Origin: an uncultured Planctomycetia bacterium
Lineage (GTDB): Bacteria; Omnitrophota; Gorgyraeia; VGKH01; JBHPFN01
DNA length: 64,000 nt
Assembly (NCBI GenBank): GCA_964406665.1
Contig: CAYOSQ010000003.1
Location: 38,641-102,640 of the forward strand
Direction of reading: 5' to 3'
Numbering within the stretch: position 1 is the first letter of the stretch; every line of letters starts with the position of its first letter. Below, one piece after another: positions 15,911 to 26,110 of this stretch. The notes below the pieces were generated by a model that saw nothing but the letters and a program-made list of their open reading frames with translations, made no database searches and was not told the DNA's origin. The position numbers were made by a program, and so were the translations under genes.

Positions 15911-17144
15911 TAAACCCAAGATTTACATTGTTGATGTTACTAATCGCGACGGCGTACAGACTTCAAGAATATGTCTGTCCAAATTTCAGAAAACAATGAT
16001 CAATTATTATCTGGATAAGATGGGTGTATTTCAAAGTGAGTTCGGCTTTCCTCTGACCAACCATGAAACCAGTTATTTAAATGCTAATTTAGAATTATCC
16101 AGAAAGAAGATTTTTAATTCAATTAGGCTGGAAGGTTGGATACGCGCAACAGTTGCAGATGTGCAAGCAGCTCTTAAGCTTGTTCCTAAGACTGAGCATA
16201 TGAACCTTTCGATTTCCACTTCTGATCAGATGATTCACCATAAATTTAAAGGAAAGCTTGACCATGCTGGTGTTATCAAAGAAATGTCTAGTGCGGTAAA
16301 AAAGGCAAAAAAACTAGGCGTTAAAACTGTAGGTGTTAATTCAGAAGATGCATCACGTACCCGCTTGGAGTATTTAATTGAATTTGCAGCTGCAGCTAAA
16401 GAGTCAGGAGCTGATAGAATACGTTACTGCGATACATTGGGTTGTGATAGTCCTTTTACTATTTATGAAAGGGTGAAGCAGGTAGTAGACAATGTCCAGA
16501 TACCCATGGAGATACATTGCCATAATGATTTAGGTTTAGTAATTGCAAATTCAGTGTCAGGTGCTATGGCAGCTAATGATGCTGGTGTTGATGCTTATAT
16601 CAACACTTGTGTTAATGGTATGGGAGAGAGAGCCGGGAATGCTGATTTAGTAAGTGTAATATTGGCAATAAAATATGGAAACGGAGTAAAAGGAAAATAT
16701 AAGCTAGATGAAAACATTAATCTAAAGAATGCTTGGAAGATGTGTAACTATGCTTCTTATGCATTTGGAGTTCCTATTCCTATTAATCAGCCAGGAATCG
16801 GCGCAAATGCATTTGCCCATGAATCAGGCATTCATGCCGACGGGGCACTTAAGGATAGAAGAAACTACGAGCTTTATGATTATGAAGAATTAGGCAGAGG
16901 TAAAGTAGAGGTTATAGATACCGGAAGAAAGATCACCGCGGGAGAATATAGCGGTATTAAAGGTTTTAGAAACGTATATGAAAGATTAGCAGTTGCATTT
17001 AAGAATGACAAGGAAGCTGCGGAGGTTCTAGAACTTGTTAGATATGCCAATATTCATAATCAGAAACCTTTGGTTGAGGAAGAATTACGATTTATTGCAA
17101 GTAATCCGGAAATTGTTAAAAAAATATTTACGATGTCTCCGTAA
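15900..17144 (+). CDS. Short 2-isopropylmalate/homocitrate/(Re)-citrate synthase family enzyme (DRE-TIM, LeuA-like without regulatory domain)
   Basis: 414 aa. DVTNRDGVQ (variant of DTTLRDGEQ), HCHNDLGLVIANSVSGAMAANDAGVDAYINTCVNGMGERAGNADL. Confidence 0.7.
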   Translation: MTNNKPKIYIVDVTNRDGVQTSRICLSKFQKTMINYYLDKMGVFQSEFGFPLTNHETSYLNANLELSRKKIFNSIRLEGWIRATVADVQAALKLVPKTEHMNLSISTSDQMIHHKFKGKLDHAGVIKEMSSAVKKAKKLGVKTVGVNSEDASRTRLEYLIEFAAAAKESGADRIRYCDTLGCDSPFTIYERVKQVVDNVQIPMEIHCHNDLGLVIANSVSGAMAANDAGVDAYINTCVNGMGERAGNADLVSVILAIKYGNGVKGKYKLDENINLKNAWKMCNYASYAFGVPIPINQPGIGANAFAHESGIHADGALKDRRNYELYDYEELGRGKVEVIDTGRKITAGEYSGIKGFRNVYERLAVAFKNDKEAAEVLELVRYANIHNQKPLVEEELRFIASNPEIVKKIFTMSP

Positions 17145-17156
17145 AAAGAAAGATAA

Positions 17157-18431
<1,275 letters not shown>

Positions 18432-18489
18432 ATATTTGATTTAACGCTTAAGTTGTTGATTAATATTAGTTTATAGAGTAAATTTGTCC

Positions 18490-18518
18490 TTGACTTTATT
18501 ATAGGGATATGTTAATGT
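18490..18518 (+). promoter_or_regulatory. Candidate sigma70 promoter TTGACT-17-TAATGT upstream of the OmpA-family lipoprotein gene
   Basis: -35 TTGACT 18490-18495. -10 TAATGT 18513-18518. 17-nt spacer. About 35 nt upstream of RBS AAGGAGG. Confidence 0.45.
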
Positions 18519-18553
18519 TAGACTTAATCTAAATAAACAAAAGGAGGCAAAGC

Positions 18554-19198
18554 ATGTCTAGAAGAATGGGTATTTTAAGAGGAATTTTGGTTTTATTTTT
18601 GGTTTTTAGTTTAACTGGCTGTACTGTAGTTTTGCAAAAAGGAAGACGTACAGATATTGATAGAATAGATGAACTCAGCTGGGAACTTGATCAGCTAAGC
18701 CAAACTAAAAAATTGCTTGAGGAGCGTCTTAAGCAGGAAATCGCAGATAAAGAAGTACGTCTGGAGATGGCTGAAAGAGGTTTAGTCATTACTTTTGTAG
18801 CCGAGATACTCTTTGATTCAGGAAAAGCTAAGCTGCGCAAAGAGGCATTTTCTGTATTGAGTAAGGTAGCTCGTGTTATAAATGAAAATGTGCCAGATAT
18901 GGATATAGGTATTGAAGGTCATACTGATAATATTCCGATTAGATTTTCTGGATGGAAATCTAACTGGGAGCTTTCCAGTGCCCGCGCGATGAGTGTATTG
19001 CATTATTTAGTCGATGAAAGCAGCGTAGCTCCTACTCGAGTTACTGCAATCGGAGCTGGAGAATATAGGCCGATGGCTTCCAACGATACCAAAGAAGGAC
19101 GTCAGTTTAACCGTAGAGTGGAAGTTATCATTTTGCCAAAAACAACTAAGGTGAAGTCCGGCGAATCGGTTGAAGGTGAATTAGAGAATCTAAAATAA
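18554..19198 (+). CDS. OmpA/MotB-family peptidoglycan-binding lipoprotein
   Basis: 214 aa. Lipobox LTGC. C-terminal OmpA domain GHTDNIP...NWELSSARA...NRRVEVIILPK. Confidence 0.8.
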   Translation: MSRRMGILRGILVLFLVFSLTGCTVVLQKGRRTDIDRIDELSWELDQLSQTKKLLEERLKQEIADKEVRLEMAERGLVITFVAEILFDSGKAKLRKEAFSVLSKVARVINENVPDMDIGIEGHTDNIPIRFSGWKSNWELSSARAMSVLHYLVDESSVAPTRVTAIGAGEYRPMASNDTKEGRQFNRRVEVIILPKTTKVKSGESVEGELENLK

Positions 19199-19227
19199 TT
19201 TTTCTTGAAAGGAGCATTTGAGCCATT

Positions 19228-19587
19228 ATGGATGAACAGATAAAAGACAGATTATTAATTGCGTTAATAATTTTAAGCATAATTTGTTTAATACTTGCTA
19301 TTAATTCTGGCTTAGCTGCTCAGAAAAATAAGGCTATGGCTCAAAAAGAATTAGCGCTTCGTTTGGATACCGAAGAAAAGTTTGAAGATGTAAAGTCTCG
19401 CTTTAATTTCTTAGAGAAAAAAGTTGTTGAAGCTCGCACTGCTTATGAAAAAGAAAAGAAAGCTCATTCTGAAAATAAGGATGAATTAGCAACGCTTAAG
19501 GAAGATTATGAGAAGTTGAATATTCTTAAACTTAAGATTGAAGAAGATTTAAAAGAAGCCCTTTTTATCAAGTCTCAGGAACAATAG
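19228..19587 (+). CDS. Hypothetical membrane-anchored coiled-coil protein
   Basis: 119 aa. One TM helix then a charged heptad-rich tail. RBS AAAGGAG. Confidence 0.5.
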   Translation: MDEQIKDRLLIALIILSIICLILAINSGLAAQKNKAMAQKELALRLDTEEKFEDVKSRFNFLEKKVVEARTAYEKEKKAHSENKDELATLKEDYEKLNILKLKIEEDLKEALFIKSQEQ

Positions 19588-19681
19588 ATATTGCCTAATA
19601 AAATAAACTTATGCATAGAAAAATTAAAATTATGAGATTTATCGTGCGTTAGAAAAAGGCGTTCTTTGTTGTTTATGATTT

Positions 19682-19705
19682 AAGGGGATGATAGTCCCCT
19701 TTTTT
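19682..19705 (+). terminator. Rho-independent terminator (AAGGGGA-tgatag-TCCCCTT + T5)
   Basis: 7-bp GC-rich stem, 6-nt loop, and T-run at 19700-19705. Lies between the 119-aa ORF and the DUF4912 gene. Confidence 0.6.
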
Positions 19706-19722
19706 AATACGAGGAGGAAAAG

Positions 19723-20721
19723 ATGTCTGGGCTGTTAGAGAAGCTAAAGAAGTTTAGTAGTCTGGTGGTAACTTTTGCGAGAAAGCTTTTTGCATCTTTG
19801 CTAAAGTTTTTTTCTGGAATAAGAATAAAGAAAGACACAGAATCTGTTATTCCTGTTTCAGAAAATCAGGCTCCAGTATCTCATGAATCAGTAATTCAGC
19901 AGACGAAGTTTTTTACTGGGCAATCTCTAGAAAAACATGGGTATATGCCAGATGAATTACCTTACAACTATGATGTGGATAAGATTGTTATTCAAGTCAG
20001 AGATCCGTGGTGGCTTCACTCATATTGGGAGTTAACTGGAGAAACTTTAGAAAAAATTATAAGAAAACTCGGCTCCAGTTATGATTCAGCGCGAACAGTA
20101 TTGCGAGTTTATGATGTAACCAATATTAAATTTAATGGGCGTAACGCAAACACCTTTTTTGATATAAACACTCAGCTTGATGCGCGTAATTGGTACGTTG
20201 AAGTTGCCCCGGGAAAGTCTTGGTGCATTGATTTGGGGTTAATTCTTACTGACGGAAGATTCATAACTCTTCTTCGTTCTAATATTGTTTCAACACCTTT
20301 AGGTGGTCCAAGCGACATAACCGATGAAGAGTGGATGATACCGGAAGATATGTTTGCCAGGCTTTATGGTTTAGGTGTTGGTTTCCAAGGAGGCTCTCAG
20401 GTTGGAAAACTCTGGAAAGAAAGAATTTTTAAAGATTTTCTTTCTTCTCCGGGAGCTTTTTCAGCATCAAGTCCGGTAAAACAAGCTGTAGAAAAAGGTT
20501 TTTGGTTAGTTGCAGATACAGAATTAATAGTATACGGAGCAACAGAGCCGGATGCAGAATTAACAGTGCAGGGTAAAAGCATAAAGCTAAGACCGGATGG
20601 GTCGTTTACATTACGCTTTGCGTTACCAAACGGACAACAGGTAATTCCTATTGAGGCGGTATCTCGCGATAAGACTGAATCAAGAAAAATTACCCCCATA
20701 GTTTCAAAAGAAACTAAATAA
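19723..20721 (+). CDS. DUF4912-like protein (conserved partner of GH57 branching enzymes)
   Basis: 332 aa. Motif ...DPWWLHSYWELT.... Immediately upstream of the GH57 gene, the arrangement typical for DUF4912. Confidence 0.55.
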   Translation: MSGLLEKLKKFSSLVVTFARKLFASLLKFFSGIRIKKDTESVIPVSENQAPVSHESVIQQTKFFTGQSLEKHGYMPDELPYNYDVDKIVIQVRDPWWLHSYWELTGETLEKIIRKLGSSYDSARTVLRVYDVTNIKFNGRNANTFFDINTQLDARNWYVEVAPGKSWCIDLGLILTDGRFITLLRSNIVSTPLGGPSDITDEEWMIPEDMFARLYGLGVGFQGGSQVGKLWKERIFKDFLSSPGAFSASSPVKQAVEKGFWLVADTELIVYGATEPDAELTVQGKSIKLRPDGSFTLRFALPNGQQVIPIEAVSRDKTESRKITPIVSKETK

Positions 20722-20746
20722 ACTTTAACAGTAAGGAAATCTTATT

Positions 20747-22327
20747 ATGAGTCATAAGGGATATTTATGTATGGTTTTGCATAGTCATCTTCCTTTTGTT
20801 AGGCATCCTGAACATGAGAACTTTTTGGAAGAAGATTGGTTTTATGAAGGCATAAACGAAACATATATCCCACTTATAAAAGTTTTTGAAGGTCTTGTTA
20901 ATGAAAATATAGATTTTCGCTTAACCATTTCTTTAACGCCGACATTAATATCTATGTTTTGCGATTCGTTATTGCAGTCGCGTTACATCAAACATATAAA
21001 TCAATTAATTGAGCTAGCGGGCAGGGAAGTAGAGAGGACAAAATGGCAGCCTGAGTTTAACGGGTTAGCCAATATGTATCTTCAGCAGTTTATTGATGCA
21101 AGAGATCTATTTGAAAGGTACGGCAGAAATTTAACCTCGGCTTTTAAGAAGTTTCAGGATTTAGGAAAGATTGAGATAATTACTTGCGGTGCAACTCATG
21201 GATATTTTCCCTTGATGGATTCTTGTAAGCCTTCAGTACGGGCTCAGGTAAAAGTTGCAACTAAGCAATATGAGAATATGTTTGCCAGAAAACCTTTAGG
21301 TATTTGGCTGCCTGAGTGTGGATATAATCCTGGTGATGATGAGATTTTAAAAGATGCAGGACTGCAGTATTTTTTCACAGATGCGCACGGCGTGCTGCAT
21401 GGAACTCCTCGGCCAAAATACGGTGTATTTGCCCCTGTATATTGTAAAAGTGGAATAGCTTGCTTTGGGAGAGATTTGGAATCTTCCAAACAGGTTTGGT
21501 CAAGTATCGAGGGTTATCCCGGTGATTACTGGTATAGAGATTTTTACAGAGATATTGGGTTTGATTTAGATTATGATTATATTAAAGACTATATTCATCC
21601 AGACGGTGTTCGTATAAATACAGGAATTAAGTATCATAGAATTACCGGGAGAACTGATAACAAAGAGCCCTATAATCCTCAAGCAGCAAGAGAAAAGGCA
21701 TCAGAGCATGCAGGTAATTTTTTGTTTAACCGTCAAAAGCAGATTGAGCATCTTCATGGATTTTTAGACAAAGAACCAATAATTGTTTCTCCTTATGATG
21801 CTGAGCTTTATGGCCACTGGTGGTTTGAGGGTCCGATGTGGTTGGATTATCTTATTAGAAAAATACATTTTGACCAAGACACAATAAAAATGATAACTCC
21901 TTCGGAATATTTATTGGAGAATCCTAGAAATCAGGTAATTACTCCGTCAATGTCTAGCTGGGGATGGAAGGGATTCAGCGAGGTATGGCTTCAGGGAACC
22001 AATGATTGGATTTATAGACACTTGCATATTGCTTCCCAGAGAATGACAGAGCTAGTTAAGAAATATCCTAAGGTTAACGGAGTTATGGAAAGAGCGCTTA
22101 ATCAAGCATTAAGAGAGTTATTATTAGCTCAAAGCTCTGATTGGGCTTTTATTATGGCAACAGATACGCACGTATCCTATGCTCAGAAAAGGACAAAAGA
22201 TCATATGTTAAGGTTTAATAAGCTCTATGAAGATATTAAAAATAACAACATAGATGTTAACTGGTTAGCAGATATTGAAAGTAAAGATAATTTATTCCCG
22301 GATATAGATTATAAGGTGCATAAGTAG
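20747..22327 (+). CDS. Glycoside hydrolase family 57 1,4-alpha-glucan branching enzyme
   Basis: 526 aa. N-terminal LCMVLHSHLPFVRHPE... GH57 signature with catalytic Glu/Asp regions (WLPECGY, DAELYGHWWFEG). Confidence 0.85.
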   Translation: MSHKGYLCMVLHSHLPFVRHPEHENFLEEDWFYEGINETYIPLIKVFEGLVNENIDFRLTISLTPTLISMFCDSLLQSRYIKHINQLIELAGREVERTKWQPEFNGLANMYLQQFIDARDLFERYGRNLTSAFKKFQDLGKIEIITCGATHGYFPLMDSCKPSVRAQVKVATKQYENMFARKPLGIWLPECGYNPGDDEILKDAGLQYFFTDAHGVLHGTPRPKYGVFAPVYCKSGIACFGRDLESSKQVWSSIEGYPGDYWYRDFYRDIGFDLDYDYIKDYIHPDGVRINTGIKYHRITGRTDNKEPYNPQAAREKASEHAGNFLFNRQKQIEHLHGFLDKEPIIVSPYDAELYGHWWFEGPMWLDYLIRKIHFDQDTIKMITPSEYLLENPRNQVITPSMSSWGWKGFSEVWLQGTNDWIYRHLHIASQRMTELVKKYPKVNGVMERALNQALRELLLAQSSDWAFIMATDTHVSYAQKRTKDHMLRFNKLYEDIKNNNIDVNWLADIESKDNLFPDIDYKVHK

Positions 22328-22335
22328 ATAGATAT

Positions 22336-23046
22336 ATGAGCAAAACGAATAATATTCCTCAGCATATAGCCATAATCATGGATGGTAACGGTCGTTGGGC
22401 AAAAAAAAGAGGTTTGCCCCGTGTTGCTGGACATCGTGAAGGAGTTAATGCAATAAAGAAAATTATAAAAGCGGCAGAAGACCTTGGTGTTAAGGCTTTA
22501 ACATTTTATACTTTTTCAACAGAGAACTGGCTTAGGCCAAAGCAGGAAATTGGAATATTGATGAATCTTCTTAAAAGAATGCTCGCTAAAGAATTAGCTA
22601 CGATGCATAAAAGAAATATCCGCTTTATGACAATAGGTAGATCTCATCCTGTGCCTAAGGATGTAATGGAGGTATTAAAAAAAGCTCAAAATGCCACAAA
22701 AAATAATACAGGATTGATTGTCAATTTAGCTTTTAATTATGGTGGGCGAGCAGAGATTATAGATGCAGTTAAGGCTTTAATTAAGGATTTCTCAAGCGGG
22801 AAGATCAAATTGGATAAAGTCAACGAAAATACTTTTTCAAGTTTTCTTTATACGCATGATTTATCTGACCCAGATTTGTTAATTCGTACCTCGGGAGAGA
22901 TGCGTACAAGCAATTTTCTTCCTTGGCAGTTAGCTTACTCTGAGTTCTATTTTACAAAAAAACTTTGGCCGGATTTCAAAAAGAAGGATTTTGTTGAAGC
23001 AATAAAAGAATATCAAAAGCGTTCCAGACGCTTCGGAGCATTATAA
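22336..23046 (+). CDS. uppS: Undecaprenyl diphosphate synthase
   Basis: 236 aa. HIAIIMDGNGRWA, FSTENW, RTSGE motifs. Confidence 0.9.
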   Translation: MSKTNNIPQHIAIIMDGNGRWAKKRGLPRVAGHREGVNAIKKIIKAAEDLGVKALTFYTFSTENWLRPKQEIGILMNLLKRMLAKELATMHKRNIRFMTIGRSHPVPKDVMEVLKKAQNATKNNTGLIVNLAFNYGGRAEIIDAVKALIKDFSSGKIKLDKVNENTFSSFLYTHDLSDPDLLIRTSGEMRTSNFLPWQLAYSEFYFTKKLWPDFKKKDFVEAIKEYQKRSRRFGAL

Positions 23047-23047
23047 T

Positions 23048-23854
23048 ATGACAATTAAAAGAATAGCAAGTTCATTTGCATTTTTTATCTTGATAATTCT
23101 TTCTATTTTAAACGAATGGATTTGTGGAATTGCGGTAACATTGCTTATTTTTGGTGGACTTGTAGAATTCTTTAACCTTGTTGAGAAAAAAGGCATTCCA
23201 ATATATAAGTATTTCGGAACAGCGGTGGGCATAATTATTCCTTTGTCAATTTTATTTAGATTTGAGCTTACAAAGAATTGGGAATTGCTGTTTATTGTAT
23301 TGGCTTTAGTATTTTTGTTTCTGTTGCAGTTTACGCGAAGAGATAATTCACAATCAATATTTGGAATTTCTACTACGCTTTTCGGCATACTTTATGTTTC
23401 TTGGTTTTTCAGTTTTATTATTAAAATTAGGTTTTTACCTTACGGGGGAAGTCTGTTAGCATTGATACTTTTAATTACAAAAACCGGAGATATCGGAGCA
23501 TATCTTATAGGTTCAAAGTGGGGTAAGCATACTTTAATATCTCGCATTAGTGCTGGTAAGTCGGTTGAGGGCGCTATCGGAGGATTGTTTTTTAGTATTT
23601 CAGCGGCATTAGCGTGTAAGTCTTTTTTGCCTGAGCATTCGGTATTTTCTTATTCTAATTTGATTTTAATGGGGTCGTCTTTAGGAGTACTAGGTCAACT
23701 AGGAGATTTATCTGAATCATTGATAAAAAGAGATTGTCAGGTTAAAGATTCTGGGAAAGTGTTTCCTGGCTTGGGAGGTGTTTTAGATACGATAGATAGC
23801 TTATTGTTTACTGCACCGGCTTTTTATTTTTATATGAGCACAGTATTTAAGTAA
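23048..23854 (+). CDS. cdsA: Phosphatidate cytidylyltransferase
   Basis: 268 aa polytopic. C-terminal signature SLIKRDCQVKDSGKVFPGLGGVLDTIDSLLF. Confidence 0.85.
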   Translation: MTIKRIASSFAFFILIILSILNEWICGIAVTLLIFGGLVEFFNLVEKKGIPIYKYFGTAVGIIIPLSILFRFELTKNWELLFIVLALVFLFLLQFTRRDNSQSIFGISTTLFGILYVSWFFSFIIKIRFLPYGGSLLALILLITKTGDIGAYLIGSKWGKHTLISRISAGKSVEGAIGGLFFSISAALACKSFLPEHSVFSYSNLILMGSSLGVLGQLGDLSESLIKRDCQVKDSGKVFPGLGGVLDTIDSLLFTAPAFYFYMSTVFK

Positions 23855-23858
23855 TTTA

Positions 23859-25007
23859 ATGAATATGAAAAAAATAGTTATTTTAGGTTCAACAGGTTCA
23901 ATTGGTATGAGTACACTCAAAATTGTTGAGAAATTTTCTGGGCGTTTTGATGTTGTAGGATTAAGTGCATACGGAAACACCGATCTTTTTAATAAGCAGA
24001 TTAAAAAATTTAAGCCAAAGTTTGTCGCTATAAAAGAAGATAAAATAAAAAAGCTAAAATCAATTTCATCTAGACAGACAAAGATTTTTGATTCAAAGCA
24101 AGGGCTAGAAGCATTAGCTGCTTTAAAAGATGTTGATATAGTTGTAATTGCACTATCGGGAAGTTGTGCGTTAAGGCCTTTAATTGCGGCTATAAAATCA
24201 GGTAAGAGAATAGCATTAGCAAATAAAGAAGCCTTGATTATGGCAGGAGATATTATCTTTAAGATGATAAAGCGTTATAAAGCCCAAATAGTTCCTATAG
24301 ATAGTGAACAGAGTGCGATTTTTCAATGTCTTGAAGGTAGGAAAAAGAAAGACGTTAAACAGGTATATCTTACGGCTTCTGGTGGTCCACTAGACTTGGT
24401 GCCTAAGCATAAACTCAAGAATATTGGAATTAAAGAAGTGCTTCGACATCCTCGTTGGAAGATGGGTAAGAAAGTCACGGTTGACTCATCTACCTTGATG
24501 AATAAAGGTATTGAGTTAATTGAAGCAATGTGGCTGTTTGATATGCAACCAAAAGATATCAAGGTATTGGTCCATAGAGAAGCTATTGTACATTCTATGG
24601 TCGAATTTATTGATGGATCAATCATAGCTCAACTGGGTATCACAGATATGAAGATTCCTATTCAGTATGCATTGACTTATCCGGATAGATGGAATGGTCT
24701 TATGCAGGATTTGGATTTTAACAGATTGAATTTGACTTTTAAAATACCTGATTTAGAAAAGTTCCCATGTTTAAAATTAGCATACCGTGCAGCTAGTTTA
24801 AAAGGAACGGCACCTTGTGTTCTTAATGCGGCTAATGAAGTAGCGGTAGAAGCTTTTCTTGATAGCAGAATCAGCTATTTAGATATTTACAAAACAATAA
24901 GAAAGGTATTTATCAAACATGCTTTGGTTAAATCTCCCAGCATGAATGATATCATTAATGCTGATATCTGGGCTAGAGAAGAAGCAAGAAAGGCAATTGT
25001 AAATTAA
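23859..25007 (+). CDS. dxr: 1-deoxy-D-xylulose 5-phosphate reductoisomerase
   Basis: 382 aa. ILGSTGSIG NADPH motif, LANKE, and the Dxr C-terminal domain. Confidence 0.9.
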   Translation: MNMKKIVILGSTGSIGMSTLKIVEKFSGRFDVVGLSAYGNTDLFNKQIKKFKPKFVAIKEDKIKKLKSISSRQTKIFDSKQGLEALAALKDVDIVVIALSGSCALRPLIAAIKSGKRIALANKEALIMAGDIIFKMIKRYKAQIVPIDSEQSAIFQCLEGRKKKDVKQVYLTASGGPLDLVPKHKLKNIGIKEVLRHPRWKMGKKVTVDSSTLMNKGIELIEAMWLFDMQPKDIKVLVHREAIVHSMVEFIDGSIIAQLGITDMKIPIQYALTYPDRWNGLMQDLDFNRLNLTFKIPDLEKFPCLKLAYRAASLKGTAPCVLNAANEVAVEAFLDSRISYLDIYKTIRKVFIKHALVKSPSMNDIINADIWAREEARKAIVN

Positions 25008-25008
25008 A

Positions 25009-26097
25009 ATGTATACAACCTCGATTTTTATAATCACCATTGGTTTTTTAATTCTTATTCATGAATTTGGCCATTTCATTGTTGCTAAAAAACTTGGGAT
25101 TAAAGTAGAGATGTTTTTCTTAGGTTTTGGCCCAAAATTATTTTCGTTTAAGAAAAATGATACGGAATATGGAATAAATCTTATTCCTTTCGGTGGATTT
25201 GTGAAGATGGCCGGAGATACCAGAGAAGAATTTCAGGGAAAAAAATTTGAGTTTCTTGCTCATCCACCTATACATCGTGCTGCTGTAATATTTTTTGGTC
25301 CACTTCTGAATTATTTCTTAGCGTTGGTTTGTTTCTGTGTGGTGTTTATGGTTGGCTATCCTGTTTTAACTACTACTGTAGGTGAACTCATGGATAATTT
25401 TCCGGCGAAAGAAGCGGGAATTCTCCCCGGAGATGAAATTATCAGTGTTGCCGGAGCAAAGGTTAGTAATTGGGATGAGCTTCAAGAAAATATTTTTGGC
25501 AATAAAGAAAGTACGTTAAATGTAACTGTTATTCGCGAAAGCGAAGAATTAGAATTTATTATTAGGCCTAAACAAGAAAAAGTAAAAAATATTTTCGGTC
25601 AAGATGAAACTGTGGGCTTAATCGGAATTCGTCCTGAGGAAAATTTTATTACTATAAAATATGGATTTTTGGAATCAGTTGTTCTAGGTTCTAAAAAGCT
25701 AGTAAAAATGACAGCCTTTACATATGAGGCATTATTTAAAATGATTACCGGAGTTATTCCAGTTAAAGAATCTGTAACAGGTCCTTTAGGAATTTTCTTT
25801 TTAACTAAACAAGCAATAGAGCTTGGTTTTAATTATTTGGTTCATGTTGCGGCAATTCTTAGTATGAGTTTAGCGATATTTAACTTATTGCCTTTGCCGA
25901 TTCTTGACGGAGGACACTTGTTGTTGCTTGGCATAGAAAAGATAAGAAAAAAACCTTTAAGCCCTAAAGCAGATGAATGGGTTATGCGCATCGGGCTTAG
26001 CTTTATAATTTTAATAGCCGTTTTTGTCTTCATCAATGATATTTCAAAATTTGAAGTAACAGATAAAATAATTAACTGGTGGCAAGGCTTAAAATAA
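25009..26097 (+). CDS. rseP: RIP site-2 zinc metalloprotease
   Basis: 362 aa. HEFGHF zinc motif in TM1, single PDZ, LDGG motif near the C-terminus. Conserved uppS-cdsA-dxr-rseP order. Confidence 0.85.
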   Translation: MYTTSIFIITIGFLILIHEFGHFIVAKKLGIKVEMFFLGFGPKLFSFKKNDTEYGINLIPFGGFVKMAGDTREEFQGKKFEFLAHPPIHRAAVIFFGPLLNYFLALVCFCVVFMVGYPVLTTTVGELMDNFPAKEAGILPGDEIISVAGAKVSNWDELQENIFGNKESTLNVTVIRESEELEFIIRPKQEKVKNIFGQDETVGLIGIRPEENFITIKYGFLESVVLGSKKLVKMTAFTYEALFKMITGVIPVKESVTGPLGIFFLTKQAIELGFNYLVHVAAILSMSLAIFNLLPLPILDGGHLLLLGIEKIRKKPLSPKADEWVMRIGLSFIILIAVFVFINDISKFEVTDKIINWWQGLK

Positions 26098-26110
26098 AGG
26101 AGTCGCAGAT

